Assembly (NCBI GenBank): GCA_019322735.1
Contig: JAHWIG010000001.1
Span: forward strand, 1-53,618
Direction of reading: 5' to 3'
Origin: Candidatus Woesearchaeota archaeon
GTDB lineage: Archaea > Nanobdellota > Nanobdellia > Woesearchaeales > BS150m-G63
Length of the DNA stretch: 53,618 nucleotides
The notes under the pieces are model-generated. The model made no database searches. It was not told the origin of the DNA and saw nothing but the letters and a program-made list of their open reading frames with translations. A program made the translations under genes and the position numbers. The number at the start of each line of letters is the position of its first letter. Positions within the stretch are counted from its first letter, which is position 1. Below are positions 35,092 through 44,773 of the stretch, in pieces.

Positions 35092-35484
35092 ATGACTACA
35101 AAACCAGTTTCAGTAGGAACATTAAAAAAAGGGAGCACAGTGGTTATTGATGGCGTTGCATGTAAGGTTACTGATACCCAAGTATCCAGACCAGGAAAAC
35201 ACGGGCATGCAAAAGTAAGGCTAACAGCTATTGGTTTGATTGATGAAAAAAAAAGGGTTATTGTTATGCCGGGTCATGATAACATAGATACCCCAATAAT
35301 AGATAAAAAAACTGCTCAAGTATTATCGGTTACAGTAGATACAGCAAATGTTATGGACATGGGAACATACGAGACATTTGATCTAAAGATTCCATCAAAA
35401 TTGAAAGATAAATGTGTTTCTGGGTGCAATGTGTTGTACTGGCAGATATTAAATGATAAAGTAATGAAAGAGGTAAAGGAATAA
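35092..35484 (+). CDS. eif5a: Translation initiation factor 5A
   Basis: Hypusine loop SRPGKHGHAKV, 130 aa. Confidence 0.92.
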   Translation: MTTKPVSVGTLKKGSTVVIDGVACKVTDTQVSRPGKHGHAKVRLTAIGLIDEKKRVIVMPGHDNIDTPIIDKKTAQVLSVTVDTANVMDMGTYETFDLKIPSKLKDKCVSGCNVLYWQILNDKVMKEVKE

Positions 35485-35491
35485 TTCTAAA

Positions 35492-35653
35492 ATGGCAAAA
35501 TTACCAGAAGCTGAAGCGAGACTATTCAAAAGGATTTTTGTATGCAAAAATTGTAAGTCAAAAATAAAAGCAGACTCATTAAAGATAATTGCAGAAAGGA
35601 TTAAATGTAGAAATTGCGGCAGAAAAGCATTTAGACCAATAAAAAAGAAATAA
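35492..35653 (+). CDS. rpl40e: Ribosomal protein eL40 (L40e)
   Basis: Not in the ORF track; translated by hand as MAKLPEAEARLFKRIFVCKNCKSKIKADSLKIIAERIKCRNCGRKAFRPIKKK (CxxC...CxxC, basic tail). Confidence 0.7.
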   Translation: MAKLPEAEARLFKRIFVCKNCKSKIKADSLKIIAERIKCRNCGRKAFRPIKKK

Positions 35654-35654
35654 A

Positions 35655-36839
35655 ATGGATATTCAGAATATGTTCGCTATCTTTTTTATTATTACCATAA
35701 GTATTATTCTATGGATAAAAAGAAAAAATTTAGACATCCACAAAATCTTTTTCCCTTTTCTATATGTTATAACTCTTAAAACTAAACTGGGCATTAAATT
35801 AATGGATAAGATTGCAAAGAAATGCCCAAAATCAATAAACTTTATCTCTCAGGCAGGCATTTACATTGGATTTGCAGGAATGTTTTTAATTTCATTCGAG
35901 CTGATAAGGAACGTTATAAAGATATTTACGCAACCAGGAGCCCTACCAGGCGTAGGACTTGTACTTCCAATACCAATAAAGGGCGCATTCTATGTTCCAT
36001 TTTTCTACTGGATTATTTCCATCTTCATCTTAGCAACAATCCATGAATTTGCCCATGGAATTGTAGCAAAACTCCACAATGTAAAAGTAAAATCCAGCGG
36101 TATTGGATTCCTTTCAATTATTCTTCCAATAATTCCTCTTGCATTTGTAGAACCAGATGAAAAGGAATTGGTAAAAAAATCAAGCAAAAAACAGCTAGCA
36201 GTATTTGCGGCAGGTCCCTTGGCAAATATATTATTTGCATTTATAATCCTTGGATTTTCTTTATTGATAACAAATCCAGTCGCCGCTAATGTAATTGACT
36301 ATGATGGCGTCCTGATAACAGACTTAGTAAAAGAATACAACACAAGTTTTCCTGCAGAAACAGCTGGTGTGACGGAAAATGAATTGATCACCAAGATAGA
36401 TGGAACAGAAATAACTTATATAACAAATTTCACATCTTTATTAGAAAACAAAAAACCAGGAGATAGAATAACCCTAGTTACAAATAGGTCTGCTTATGAT
36501 ATACTATTAGTAGAAAGTCCAGAAGACAAAGAAAAAGCCTACTTAGGGGTATATGTTAAACAGAGCACAAAGATAAAAGAGAGCTTCAAAGAAAAATATG
36601 GTACTTTCCTTCCATCAGTAATTCTTTGGTTCATTGGATTATTATTTTGGCTATATGTGCTAAATCTTGGTATTGGATTATTTAATCTGGTTCCAATTGG
36701 CCCAGTAGACGGCGGAAGAATGGCACACACTGTTCTAACAAAATACTTTAAGAAAGTAGGAATAAAGATATGGAAGACAATATCAGTTATTTTTATTATA
36801 TTGATTCTCTGTAATATTATCTATGCATTCATAAGGTGA
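35655..36839 (+). CDS. Site-2 protease family (M50) membrane metalloprotease with PDZ domain
   Basis: HEFAHG (HExxH) in a TM helix, a PDZ-like stretch PAETAGVTENELITKIDGTEI, and NLVPIGPVDGG. Confidence 0.85.
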   Translation: MDIQNMFAIFFIITISIILWIKRKNLDIHKIFFPFLYVITLKTKLGIKLMDKIAKKCPKSINFISQAGIYIGFAGMFLISFELIRNVIKIFTQPGALPGVGLVLPIPIKGAFYVPFFYWIISIFILATIHEFAHGIVAKLHNVKVKSSGIGFLSIILPIIPLAFVEPDEKELVKKSSKKQLAVFAAGPLANILFAFIILGFSLLITNPVAANVIDYDGVLITDLVKEYNTSFPAETAGVTENELITKIDGTEITYITNFTSLLENKKPGDRITLVTNRSAYDILLVESPEDKEKAYLGVYVKQSTKIKESFKEKYGTFLPSVILWFIGLLFWLYVLNLGIGLFNLVPIGPVDGGRMAHTVLTKYFKKVGIKIWKTISVIFIILILCNIIYAFIR

Positions 36840-36872
36840 AGATTTAAATAAGGCTCTTTTTTCTAATTAATC

Positions 36873-37550
36873 ATGATTAATATAGCTCTTGTAGAAAGTG
36901 AAACCCCTGGAAATATTGGAGCAATAGCTAGAATAATTAATAATTTTGATATTTCAAATTTAATATTAATAAACCCTCAATGTAACTACTTAGATCCAAG
37001 TTCCATAGCAAGATCAAAGCATGCAAGAAATATATTAAAAAAAGCAAAGATTGTAAAAAAATTCAGTTATTTAAATAAATTTGATTACATAATCGGAACA
37101 ACAGCAATACAAGGAAGTGATTACAATATTCCAAGGGTTGCATTATCTCCTGAACAACTTGCTGATAAGATAAAAGACCTAAAGAATGATGTTGTGATTG
37201 TCTTCGGTAGAGAAGGTAACGGATTAACAAATGAAGAGATAAAGTTATGTGACATAATGGTATCTATTCCTTCTTCTAAAGAACAACCAACACTCAATAT
37301 AAGTCATTCTGTTGGAATTATACTATATGAACTATTTAAGACAAAACATCAAAACAAGATAGAATTAGCATCAAAAAAAGAAAAAGAAGTCCTATTAAAG
37401 GAGATAGATAATGTCATAAATAAATTTAAATTTTCAACCAAAGAAAAAAAAGAAACACAAAAAATAGTATGGAAAAAAGTTCTAAATAAATCATTCTTGA
37501 CAAAAAGAGAAATCTTTGGATTGTTTGGCTTATTCAAAAAATTAAAGTGA
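36873..37550 (+). CDS. SpoU/TrmH-family RNA 2'-O-methyltransferase (TrmJ-like)
   Basis: INIALVESETPGNIGAIARIINNFDISNLILINP, FGREGNGLTNEE, and IPSS..QPTLNISHSVGIILYE (SPOUT motifs). Confidence 0.78.
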   Translation: MINIALVESETPGNIGAIARIINNFDISNLILINPQCNYLDPSSIARSKHARNILKKAKIVKKFSYLNKFDYIIGTTAIQGSDYNIPRVALSPEQLADKIKDLKNDVVIVFGREGNGLTNEEIKLCDIMVSIPSSKEQPTLNISHSVGIILYELFKTKHQNKIELASKKEKEVLLKEIDNVINKFKFSTKEKKETQKIVWKKVLNKSFLTKREIFGLFGLFKKLK

Positions 37551-37559
37551 ATTATTCTA

Positions 37560-37631
37560 TGGACTCGCCGGGAATTGAACCCGGAGTCTCTTCGTTGCGA
37601 ACGAAGTGTCATGCCATTAGACCACGAGCCC
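37560..37631 (-). tRNA. tRNA-Ala (CGC)
   Basis: The minus strand folds as GGGCTCG-TG-GTCT-AATGGCA-TGAC-A-CTTCG-TTCGCAA-CGAAG-AGACT-CCGGG-TTCAATT-CCCGG-CGAGTCC-A. The G3:U70 Ala identity pair is present. Confidence 0.9.
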
Positions 37632-37634
37632 AGA

Positions 37635-37946
37635 TTATTTTTTTTTATCAAAATATGCCTTTATTTTTTCATTAAGAGAAGCCTTAGCATTACTTCCTAA
37701 TTCATAATAAACTTTTTCTGCCTCATTTCCCCAAGAATAATCTCCTTTGACCTTACCTGCTTTCTTTATTCTAAATTCTCCAGTATCAAGACCCGTCCTT
37801 AAATTATAATAAATGGACCTCAATGTAACCTTTGGAAAAAGATGTAAATAAATCTTATAAATATCATAACCGCATCCTTCTCCCATAACATACAGAATCT
37901 CAACAACATTCTGTCTTATCTGGCTTCCTATTGGTCTTCCTTTCAT
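37635..37946 (-). CDS. Small putative winged-helix DNA-binding protein
   Basis: 103 aa. The pattern ...GYDIYKIYLHLFPKVTLRSIYYNLRTGLDTGEF... looks wHTH-like to me, but the assignment is weak. Confidence 0.4.
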   Translation of the reverse strand: MKGRPIGSQIRQNVVEILYVMGEGCGYDIYKIYLHLFPKVTLRSIYYNLRTGLDTGEFRIKKAGKVKGDYSWGNEAEKVYYELGSNAKASLNEKIKAYFDKKK

Positions 37947-38048
37947 ATATTAGAAAATCATTAGTTATCTTATATATTTTTCCATAAAAAAACAGTTCCT
38001 AATTAAAAAATAAAAAGATTATTAAAACAAAAGATAAACATATCTTTT

Positions 38049-39002
38049 ATGAAACTAATCTTATTACTTTCAAAAGAGCATCTAAAACTTGCGCAGGATG
38101 AAGCGATTGCAATAATTAAACCTTCAAAGGTAATAAAACATTCAAATCTTTTAATTCTAGAAACAGATAATCCAGAAAAAGCAAATCGACTTGCATATAC
38201 AAAAAGGATATATCAATTCTTGTTTAAATCAAATATAAAAAATATAATAAAAAATATGAAAGAATTTGGATGGCAGTCAATCTACAAAAAAGACTTCTGC
38301 TTAAGAATCCATAATATACAAGAACTTTCAGAAAGAAACCTTGCTGGTTATATCTGGGATAGAATACAGAATCCAAAGGTAAATCTAAAAAATCCAAAAA
38401 CACATATAGAATTAATCAACAACAACAATAGTATATTCTGTGGATTACTCATAAAAGAATTAAAGCATGAATTTGAAAAACGCCATCCAAAAAAATGGCC
38501 AGCTAAACATCCCTCCACATTAAGACCAAGACTAGCAAAAGCATTAATCAATCTATCCGGAATAGAAAAAGGAAAATTATTAGATCCATTTTGTGGTGGT
38601 GGTGGAATTTTAATTGAAGCCTCATTAATGAATTACAAAATAGTTGGATATGACCTATCAAAATATATGTTGATAAGATGTGAAAAAAATCTAAAACACC
38701 ATAAAATAACAGAATATAAACTAAAGTACAAGGATGCAACAAAAAAACTGGAAAAGGCAAATCTAATTGTAACAGATCCGCCATATGGAATGACAACAAG
38801 TTTGTTTAGAAAAGATATCTCAAAATTATATGAAAAATTCCTCAAGTCTGCAGAGTTATCCACAAATCATCTTGTTATGATATTTCCAAATAAGATAAAA
38901 CATAAAGAACTAATCAAGTTAACAAAATTCAAATTAAAAAATCAATATAAAATAAGGGTGCATAGATCCTTAACAAGAAACATATGCGTCTTAGAAAAGT
39001 AA
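38049..39002 (+). CDS. THUMP-type tRNA guanine-N2 methyltransferase (Trm11/Trm14-like)
   Basis: SAM motif LLDPFCGGGGILIEA, catalytic VTDPPYG, and an N-terminal ~150-aa domain consistent with THUMP. Confidence 0.7.
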   Translation: MKLILLLSKEHLKLAQDEAIAIIKPSKVIKHSNLLILETDNPEKANRLAYTKRIYQFLFKSNIKNIIKNMKEFGWQSIYKKDFCLRIHNIQELSERNLAGYIWDRIQNPKVNLKNPKTHIELINNNNSIFCGLLIKELKHEFEKRHPKKWPAKHPSTLRPRLAKALINLSGIEKGKLLDPFCGGGGILIEASLMNYKIVGYDLSKYMLIRCEKNLKHHKITEYKLKYKDATKKLEKANLIVTDPPYGMTTSLFRKDISKLYEKFLKSAELSTNHLVMIFPNKIKHKELIKLTKFKLKNQYKIRVHRSLTRNICVLEK

Positions 39003-39038
39003 AAATATATAAACAACTAAAATAAACAAAAAATAAAA

Positions 39039-40016
39039 ATGAGGTTTGATGTAATTACAGTTGGTAGTTCTACAGTTGATGTTTTTGTAAGTACTAATGT
39101 AGAAACTATTGGCAAAAAAAGGAATCATAAAGTCAAAAAAATGTTGGCTTATCCATTAGGCTCCAAATTACTCATCAAAGAACTTAAAGTTACAACTGGT
39201 GGAGGTGGAACAAACACTGCAGTCTCATTCTCAAGATTAGGAAATAAAACAGCTTACCTTGGAAAGATTGGCAATGATGAAAATGGAAATATTATTCTAG
39301 AAGTACTAAAAAAAGAAAATATTAATTTTATTGGTGTTAAAGGAAAAGAACAGACAGGATATTCTGTAATCCTAGATAGCAAGGCCCATGATAGGACAAT
39401 ATTAACCTATAAAGGATGCAATAATAATCTAAGATTCAAAGAAATAAGATTAAGCAAACTGAAAACAAAATGGTTTTATTTTTCTGCAATGCTTGAAACT
39501 TCTTTCAAAACTCTAGAAAGACTAAGCGCATTTGCAAAGAAAAACAAAATAAAGATTGCATTTAACCCAAGTAGCTATCTTGCAAAGAAAGGGGCAAAAT
39601 ATCTTAAAAACATATTAAAAAATACAACAGTTCTTGTCTTAAACAAAGAAGAAGCCTCTAGTGTAGTAAGGGGAAAAACAACAGAAGACATATTAAAGAA
39701 TTTAACAAAACAAGGTCCACAAATAGCTGTAATTACTCATGGAAAAAACTATGTTGCAGCATATGATGGAAACAAATTTTACAAGATTAAACCACACAAG
39801 ATGAAAGTAGTTGAATCTACTGGTGCAGGAGATGCATTTGCCTCAACATTTATCTCTTCATTAATAAAAAACAAAGATATTGAAACATCATTAAAATCTG
39901 GATTAATAAATGCAGAATCTGTTATAACACATCATGGGGCAAAGAATAAATTATTGAAATCATCAGAATTAAATAGACTATTGAAGAGAAAGAGAATAAA
40001 AGTTAAAGTGTACTAA
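39039..40016 (+). CDS. PfkB-family carbohydrate/nucleoside kinase
   Basis: GGGGTNTAVSFSRLG near the N-terminus and TGAGDAFAS near the C-terminus. Confidence 0.8.
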   Translation: MRFDVITVGSSTVDVFVSTNVETIGKKRNHKVKKMLAYPLGSKLLIKELKVTTGGGGTNTAVSFSRLGNKTAYLGKIGNDENGNIILEVLKKENINFIGVKGKEQTGYSVILDSKAHDRTILTYKGCNNNLRFKEIRLSKLKTKWFYFSAMLETSFKTLERLSAFAKKNKIKIAFNPSSYLAKKGAKYLKNILKNTTVLVLNKEEASSVVRGKTTEDILKNLTKQGPQIAVITHGKNYVAAYDGNKFYKIKPHKMKVVESTGAGDAFASTFISSLIKNKDIETSLKSGLINAESVITHHGAKNKLLKSSELNRLLKRKRIKVKVY

Positions 40017-40068
40017 AAGCAAAAACTATATATTTGATTAAATCAATTTAAAACAAAAAAGAGGTAAA

Positions 40069-40845
40069 ATGAATCTTGATAGGATAACAACAAAAGGTAA
40101 AGCTATTTTCTTAGCCTATGATCAAGGTTTAGAACACGGTCCAATTGAATTCAACTTAGATAATGTAGATCCTTCTTTCATAATTGATATTGCTAAAAAA
40201 GGAAATTATAATGGTATTGTATTCCAACATGGGATAGCAGAAAAGTATTATCCAAAGAAAAAGCAAAGCATTCCTTTAATTTTAAAATTAAACGGAAAAA
40301 CTAAACTTCCTAATATGGAACCAATGTCAAGGCAAGTATGCTCAGTTAAAAGAGCAATAAATCTAGGTGCAGAAGCGGTTGGTTATACATTATACATTGG
40401 CTCTGAATTTGAATCAGAACAATTTCAAGAATTTGGAAAGATTGTAGAAGAAGCCCATCATTATCATATTCCAGTAATTGCATGGATATATCCAAGAGGT
40501 AAAGCTATTCACAAAGATACTACAACAGAAGTCTTAGCTTATGCTGCAAGAGTTGCTTTAGAATTAGGGGCAGACATTGTAAAAATCAAATACAATAATG
40601 AACTTGAAGGATTTAAATGGGTTGTTGAATCTGCAGGAAAAACAAAAGTAGTTGTTGCTGGCGGAAGTAAAATAGGAATAGCAGATTTACTACAACAAAC
40701 TTATGAGATAATGCAGGCAGGAGCATCAGGCATAGCTATCGGTAGAAACATATGGCAACACAAAGACCCATTAAAAATAACTAAAGCATTAAAGAGCATA
40801 ATCTTCAACCACAAAACTCCAGAAGAAGCCAAAAAGTATCTGTAA
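40069..40845 (+). CDS. Class I (DhnA-type) fructose-bisphosphate aldolase / ADH synthase family
   Basis: FLAYDQGLEHGP, GADIVKIKY (Schiff-base Lys context) and AGASGIAIGRNIWQ. An SD-like GAGGT lies upstream. Confidence 0.72.
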   Translation: MNLDRITTKGKAIFLAYDQGLEHGPIEFNLDNVDPSFIIDIAKKGNYNGIVFQHGIAEKYYPKKKQSIPLILKLNGKTKLPNMEPMSRQVCSVKRAINLGAEAVGYTLYIGSEFESEQFQEFGKIVEEAHHYHIPVIAWIYPRGKAIHKDTTTEVLAYAARVALELGADIVKIKYNNELEGFKWVVESAGKTKVVVAGGSKIGIADLLQQTYEIMQAGASGIAIGRNIWQHKDPLKITKALKSIIFNHKTPEEAKKYL

Positions 40846-40889
40846 AAAGAAAAGTATATATATCAATTCATTTTATAAATTAAATAAAA

Positions 40890-40959
40890 AGGTGATTAAG
40901 ATAGAAAAAGAGCATTCATACGGGATTCTTGCAATTGTTGCCATAGTAGCAATAGTCGC
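40890..40959 (+). repeat. Conserved 5' leader module copy C
   Basis: AGGTGATTAAGATAGAAAAAGAGCATTCATACGGGATTCTTGCAATTGTTGCC... aligns with copies A and B. Confidence 0.8.
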
Positions 40960-41482
40960 ATTATTCAATCTTTCCTCTACAAAAGTTATTACAACTACTG
41001 AAAGTTCTATTAAAGAATCAAGTAATTTAGTTGGTGAAGCAATGGCCAAAAATATGTTTAATACTATTAAAGATGATCATTATGATAATTTCCCAGGTTG
41101 TGAAGAGTTAGATCCTTATGAATGGGATGGAGCAAGTACAGTAATAACAGTTATTCAATTATTCATTGATGATGTGGAATCTACTGCTCTAAATGATATG
41201 GTGGCTGCTTTTAAAGATGGTGAATGTAGGGGAGTAAGTATAGCAGCAGATTATGGTTTAGGTTATATCTCACATGAACTTATGATTTATACAGAGACCG
41301 CTGGTGAATTAATTACTTTCAAAGCTTATGATCATTCAAGATCTGCAATTTTACCAATAACTCAAACCTATAATGTTATCCTAGGAGATATAATCAGTGG
41401 GGATGGGGAAGGTGAGGGATTTTTAAATCCATGGGAATTATACGCCATAGGTCATAATATAAGACATAGGATAACTACTTAA
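40892..41482 (+). CDS. Anchored/secreted protein with IKIEKEHSYG leader and a novel ~120-aa C-terminal domain
   Basis: GTG start within AGGTGATTAAG. The C-terminal domain is paralogous to the next gene (FPGCE...CRG[VI]S...YISHEL.IY...TFK.YD...GFLNP). Confidence 0.6.
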   Translation: MIKIEKEHSYGILAIVAIVAIVALFNLSSTKVITTTESSIKESSNLVGEAMAKNMFNTIKDDHYDNFPGCEELDPYEWDGASTVITVIQLFIDDVESTALNDMVAAFKDGECRGVSIAADYGLGYISHELMIYTETAGELITFKAYDHSRSAILPITQTYNVILGDIISGDGEGEGFLNPWELYAIGHNIRHRITT

Positions 41483-41540
41483 CTTAAAAGTAGTAACATA
41501 AACAAAAACCTTATATATTACTACTTTCTATATAATTAAG

Positions 41541-42104
41541 ATGGAAGGGTATAATAAAATAGCTAAATCTAAAGACATAAACATAGTTCAAAAAATAAAA
41601 AAGAATAGTCTTCCATATATTGCATCATTAGGGCTTATTTTTACTGGTTGTGCAAATAATACTTATTTAAACCAAGATACTAATCAAGAAAAATCAATTG
41701 AAAATAGATTAACAAAACACCAAAACAAAAGCTTTCCTGGGTGCGAATCTTTTGATCTTCATCAGTTTGAATTTAATGCAAACGTAGTTAGTAGATTGTA
41801 TATTGATGGAATAAAATCAAATGATTTGGAAGATAAAGTGGCTGTTTTTGATAAATATGGTGATTGTAGAGGTATAAGTTCTGCTACACATTATGATCTA
41901 AGTTATCATGGTTTAAATTATATATCACATGAACTTTTTATTTATAGTAATAAACCAGGGGAAACACTAACATTCAAAACGTATGATGCTTCAAAAAATA
42001 AAGTTCATAATATTATTGAAACATATAACTCATTTGTTCCAGATGATATTCTAGCTGGTTTCTTAAATCCATTTGATATGCACGCCGTTTCAAAAAAAGA
42101 TTAA
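41541..42104 (+). CDS. Lipobox-bearing paralog of 40892..41482 C-terminal domain
   Basis: A lipobox-like LGLIFTGC, followed by the same domain pattern as the upstream gene. Confidence 0.6.
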   Translation: MEGYNKIAKSKDINIVQKIKKNSLPYIASLGLIFTGCANNTYLNQDTNQEKSIENRLTKHQNKSFPGCESFDLHQFEFNANVVSRLYIDGIKSNDLEDKVAVFDKYGDCRGISSATHYDLSYHGLNYISHELFIYSNKPGETLTFKTYDASKNKVHNIIETYNSFVPDDILAGFLNPFDMHAVSKKD

Positions 42105-42107
42105 TAC

Positions 42108-42734
42108 CTAATCAAAATGCCCATACTTCCCCCTTAAAGGGACAAACATAAAGTCTCCCAAGTATTCTTCTTTTAATTTCCCTTTCTTCTTTATTCCTTT
42201 AATCATTCTCTGTCCAAATGATCCACCAACAGGGGCAACAATTATGCCTCCTTCCTTAAGCTGTTCAATCAAAACCTTAGGGATCTCAGGACAACCAGCA
42301 GTAATTATAATTTTATCGTATGGCTTTTCTTTCTCATAACCCCTACTCCCATCCCATTCTATAACTTTAACATTCTTAATCTTAACCTTTTTCAGATTAC
42401 TCTTAGCGAATTTAACAAGTTCAGGAATTATCTCAGTAGTATATACCTTTTTAGCCAATTTGCTCATAATTGCTGCCCCATAACCGCTTCCAGCCCCAAC
42501 CTCAAGAACTTTATCTGTTTTCTTTAACTCCAATGCTTCCACCATCAATAAAACTGTGGTTGGCTGAGATATTGTCTGATCATACCCAATATGTAATGGG
42601 CCATCATAATATGCCTCATTCTTAAACTCAAGAAGAACAAACTCCTCCCTTAACACAGATTCAAACGCCCTTATAACTTTATTATCTTTAATAATCTTAA
42701 AATCTCTCCACCTCTTTACAAGAATTTCCTTCAT
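42108..42734 (-). CDS. pcm: Protein-L-isoaspartate O-methyltransferase
   Basis: TISQPTTVLLMVEAL, VLEVGAGSGYGAAIM. I prefer the start at 42734 (MKEILVKRW); the ORF extends to 42806. Confidence 0.85.
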   Translation of the reverse strand: MKEILVKRWRDFKIIKDNKVIRAFESVLREEFVLLEFKNEAYYDGPLHIGYDQTISQPTTVLLMVEALELKKTDKVLEVGAGSGYGAAIMSKLAKKVYTTEIIPELVKFAKSNLKKVKIKNVKVIEWDGSRGYEKEKPYDKIIITAGCPEIPKVLIEQLKEGGIIVAPVGGSFGQRMIKGIKKKGKLKEEYLGDFMFVPLRGKYGHFD

Positions 42735-42809
42735 ATTTACAAAGAATAACTCAAAACTTAAAAATCTTTTTACAAAAAGTATAAATACCAAAAAGAAATC
42801 TCTCAATTA

Positions 42810-44552
42810 ATGCAAAAAATAGCCTTAATCTTAATCTTCACATTATTAATCCTAGTTCCAACAATAACAGCAACAACAGGGCACATGAAATTATTGGCAG
42901 TAATAGACCCAGAAACTAAAAGAGGGGGAATTGCCGATCTATATCTTACAATAAAAGAAGGAGAAGGTAGGGTATTCCTTGACACCTCACCATTAACAAA
43001 GATAGACACCCAGATGTCAACAAGGATGGCAAAAGAGATAGCATGTGAATTTCTAGAACATAACTGCGAAAAAAAGGATTTTTTCTATACCATAAGATCC
43101 ACATCCCCCATAGTTGGTGGACCAAGTGCAGGAGCAGCAATATCTGTCTTAACAATTGCCCTCCTAGAAAATTTAAACATAAACGAAGAAGTATCAATAA
43201 CAGGAACAATTAATTCTGGAGGCATTATAGGTCCAGTTGGAGGATTAAAGGCAAAGATAGAAATCGCATCAAAAAAAGGGATAAAAAAAGTTCTAATTCC
43301 AAAAACATCACTATTAGCAGAAGAAAATGATTCAATAACCCTACAAGAATTTGCAAATAATCTTTCAATAGAACTAAAAGAAGTTGGAAATCTACATGAA
43401 ACCCTATACGAATTTACAGGAAAACGCTATAAAAGAATAACAAAACCATTAGAGATAGACCCAATATATCAACAAACAATGAAGAATATTTCCATAAAAC
43501 TCTGCGACAAAACAACCATCCTAATACAACAAGTGAAACAAATTGAATTAACCAACACCAGCAGATATATAGAAGCAATTAATCTAACAGAAAGTGCAGA
43601 ACTTGCAAGAAACAAATCATTATATTATCCTGCAGCATCTTATTGCTTTGGGGCAAACATAAAGCTCAGAAACATATTAACAGAAACTTTCAATAGAAAC
43701 AAGATTGTTGCAGAACTAAACAATCTAAAATCTGAAATAAAAGAATTTGAAAATAATTTAGACAGAAGAAAAATTAACACAATAACAGATCTACAAACAA
43801 AGATAATTGTAAAAGAGCGTTTATTAGATGCAAAAGATTATTTAACAAAAGGATTTGAACAGATAGGTGAAGATGATAATTCTGCATACAATTTAGCATA
43901 TGCGATAGAACGATTTTATAGTGCGGTTGCTTGGAGTGGATTCTTTGATAAAGGGAGGAAAACATTAAAATTAAAAAGTTCTCAGATAAGGGACTCTTGT
44001 TTAAATAAGATATCTGAAGCAGAAGAACGTTATCAATATGTTAAGCTCATAACACCATTTCCCCTAGATACAACAAGACGTGAGCTAGATTATGCATATA
44101 AACACATGGAAGAAAACAACAATGAATTATGCATATTTAAGGCAAGCAAAGCAAAAGCAGAACTAGATGTAACACTAAGCGCAATGAATGTAAGAGAAGA
44201 AAAACTTGGTGAATTAATAGATGAAAAACTAAGGGCAACAGAAGAACAGATAACGCAAGAAACGGATAAGGGCAGATTTCCAATATTAGGATATAGTTAT
44301 TACCTTTATGCAAAAGATCTAAAAGAGACGAATAAAGTATCTGCATTAATTTATGCAGAACTTGCTCTAGAGTTAAGTAATATGTGGCCCTATTTTAAAG
44401 AACAAACAATCTATAATGAAAAAACAACAAAAAATCTAAAATCATTACAGGTATTCATAGGTGGAATCCTTATAGGAATGTTAATAATGCTTGGTCCAAT
44501 ATTAATTCAAAAAATAAAGCCAAAAAAGATTTCTAAAAGAAAACGTAAATGA
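42810..44552 (+). CDS. Extracytoplasmic Lon-like (S16) serine protease domain protein with long helical region and C-terminal TM anchor
   Basis: Signal peptide MQKIALILIFTLLILVPTITA, catalytic-Ser context VGGPSAGAAISV, Lys context GGLKAKIEIASKKGIKKVLIP, no AAA+ domain, and a C-terminal helix followed by a KKISKRKRK tail. Confidence 0.7.
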   Translation: MQKIALILIFTLLILVPTITATTGHMKLLAVIDPETKRGGIADLYLTIKEGEGRVFLDTSPLTKIDTQMSTRMAKEIACEFLEHNCEKKDFFYTIRSTSPIVGGPSAGAAISVLTIALLENLNINEEVSITGTINSGGIIGPVGGLKAKIEIASKKGIKKVLIPKTSLLAEENDSITLQEFANNLSIELKEVGNLHETLYEFTGKRYKRITKPLEIDPIYQQTMKNISIKLCDKTTILIQQVKQIELTNTSRYIEAINLTESAELARNKSLYYPAASYCFGANIKLRNILTETFNRNKIVAELNNLKSEIKEFENNLDRRKINTITDLQTKIIVKERLLDAKDYLTKGFEQIGEDDNSAYNLAYAIERFYSAVAWSGFFDKGRKTLKLKSSQIRDSCLNKISEAEERYQYVKLITPFPLDTTRRELDYAYKHMEENNNELCIFKASKAKAELDVTLSAMNVREEKLGELIDEKLRATEEQITQETDKGRFPILGYSYYLYAKDLKETNKVSALIYAELALELSNMWPYFKEQTIYNEKTTKNLKSLQVFIGGILIGMLIMLGPILIQKIKPKKISKRKRK

Positions 44553-44773
44553 TTATAAAACCCCTACAAGCTTTTACCGAAGCAAAAGCCTATAGGGGAA
44601 AAAGAGGTGATTATTAAACGGTAAGTAGAACTTCCACCCCCCGTAACTATGTTAGAGTAGTACTCATATTTAAACCTTTCGTTTTTTAAGCATTCAAGAG
44701 TAGTAACAAATATTGAAGGATTTTCAGGATTTCTTAATTAAAGCTTATTAATCTCTAAAAAGCAATAAAGTGC

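Noticed and set aside
37349-37651. 100-aa minus-strand ORF overlapping the end of the TrmJ-like gene.
   Set aside because: It is produced by reading through tRNA-Ala(CGC) at 37560..37631 and the antisense of a real CDS. It has no independent support.
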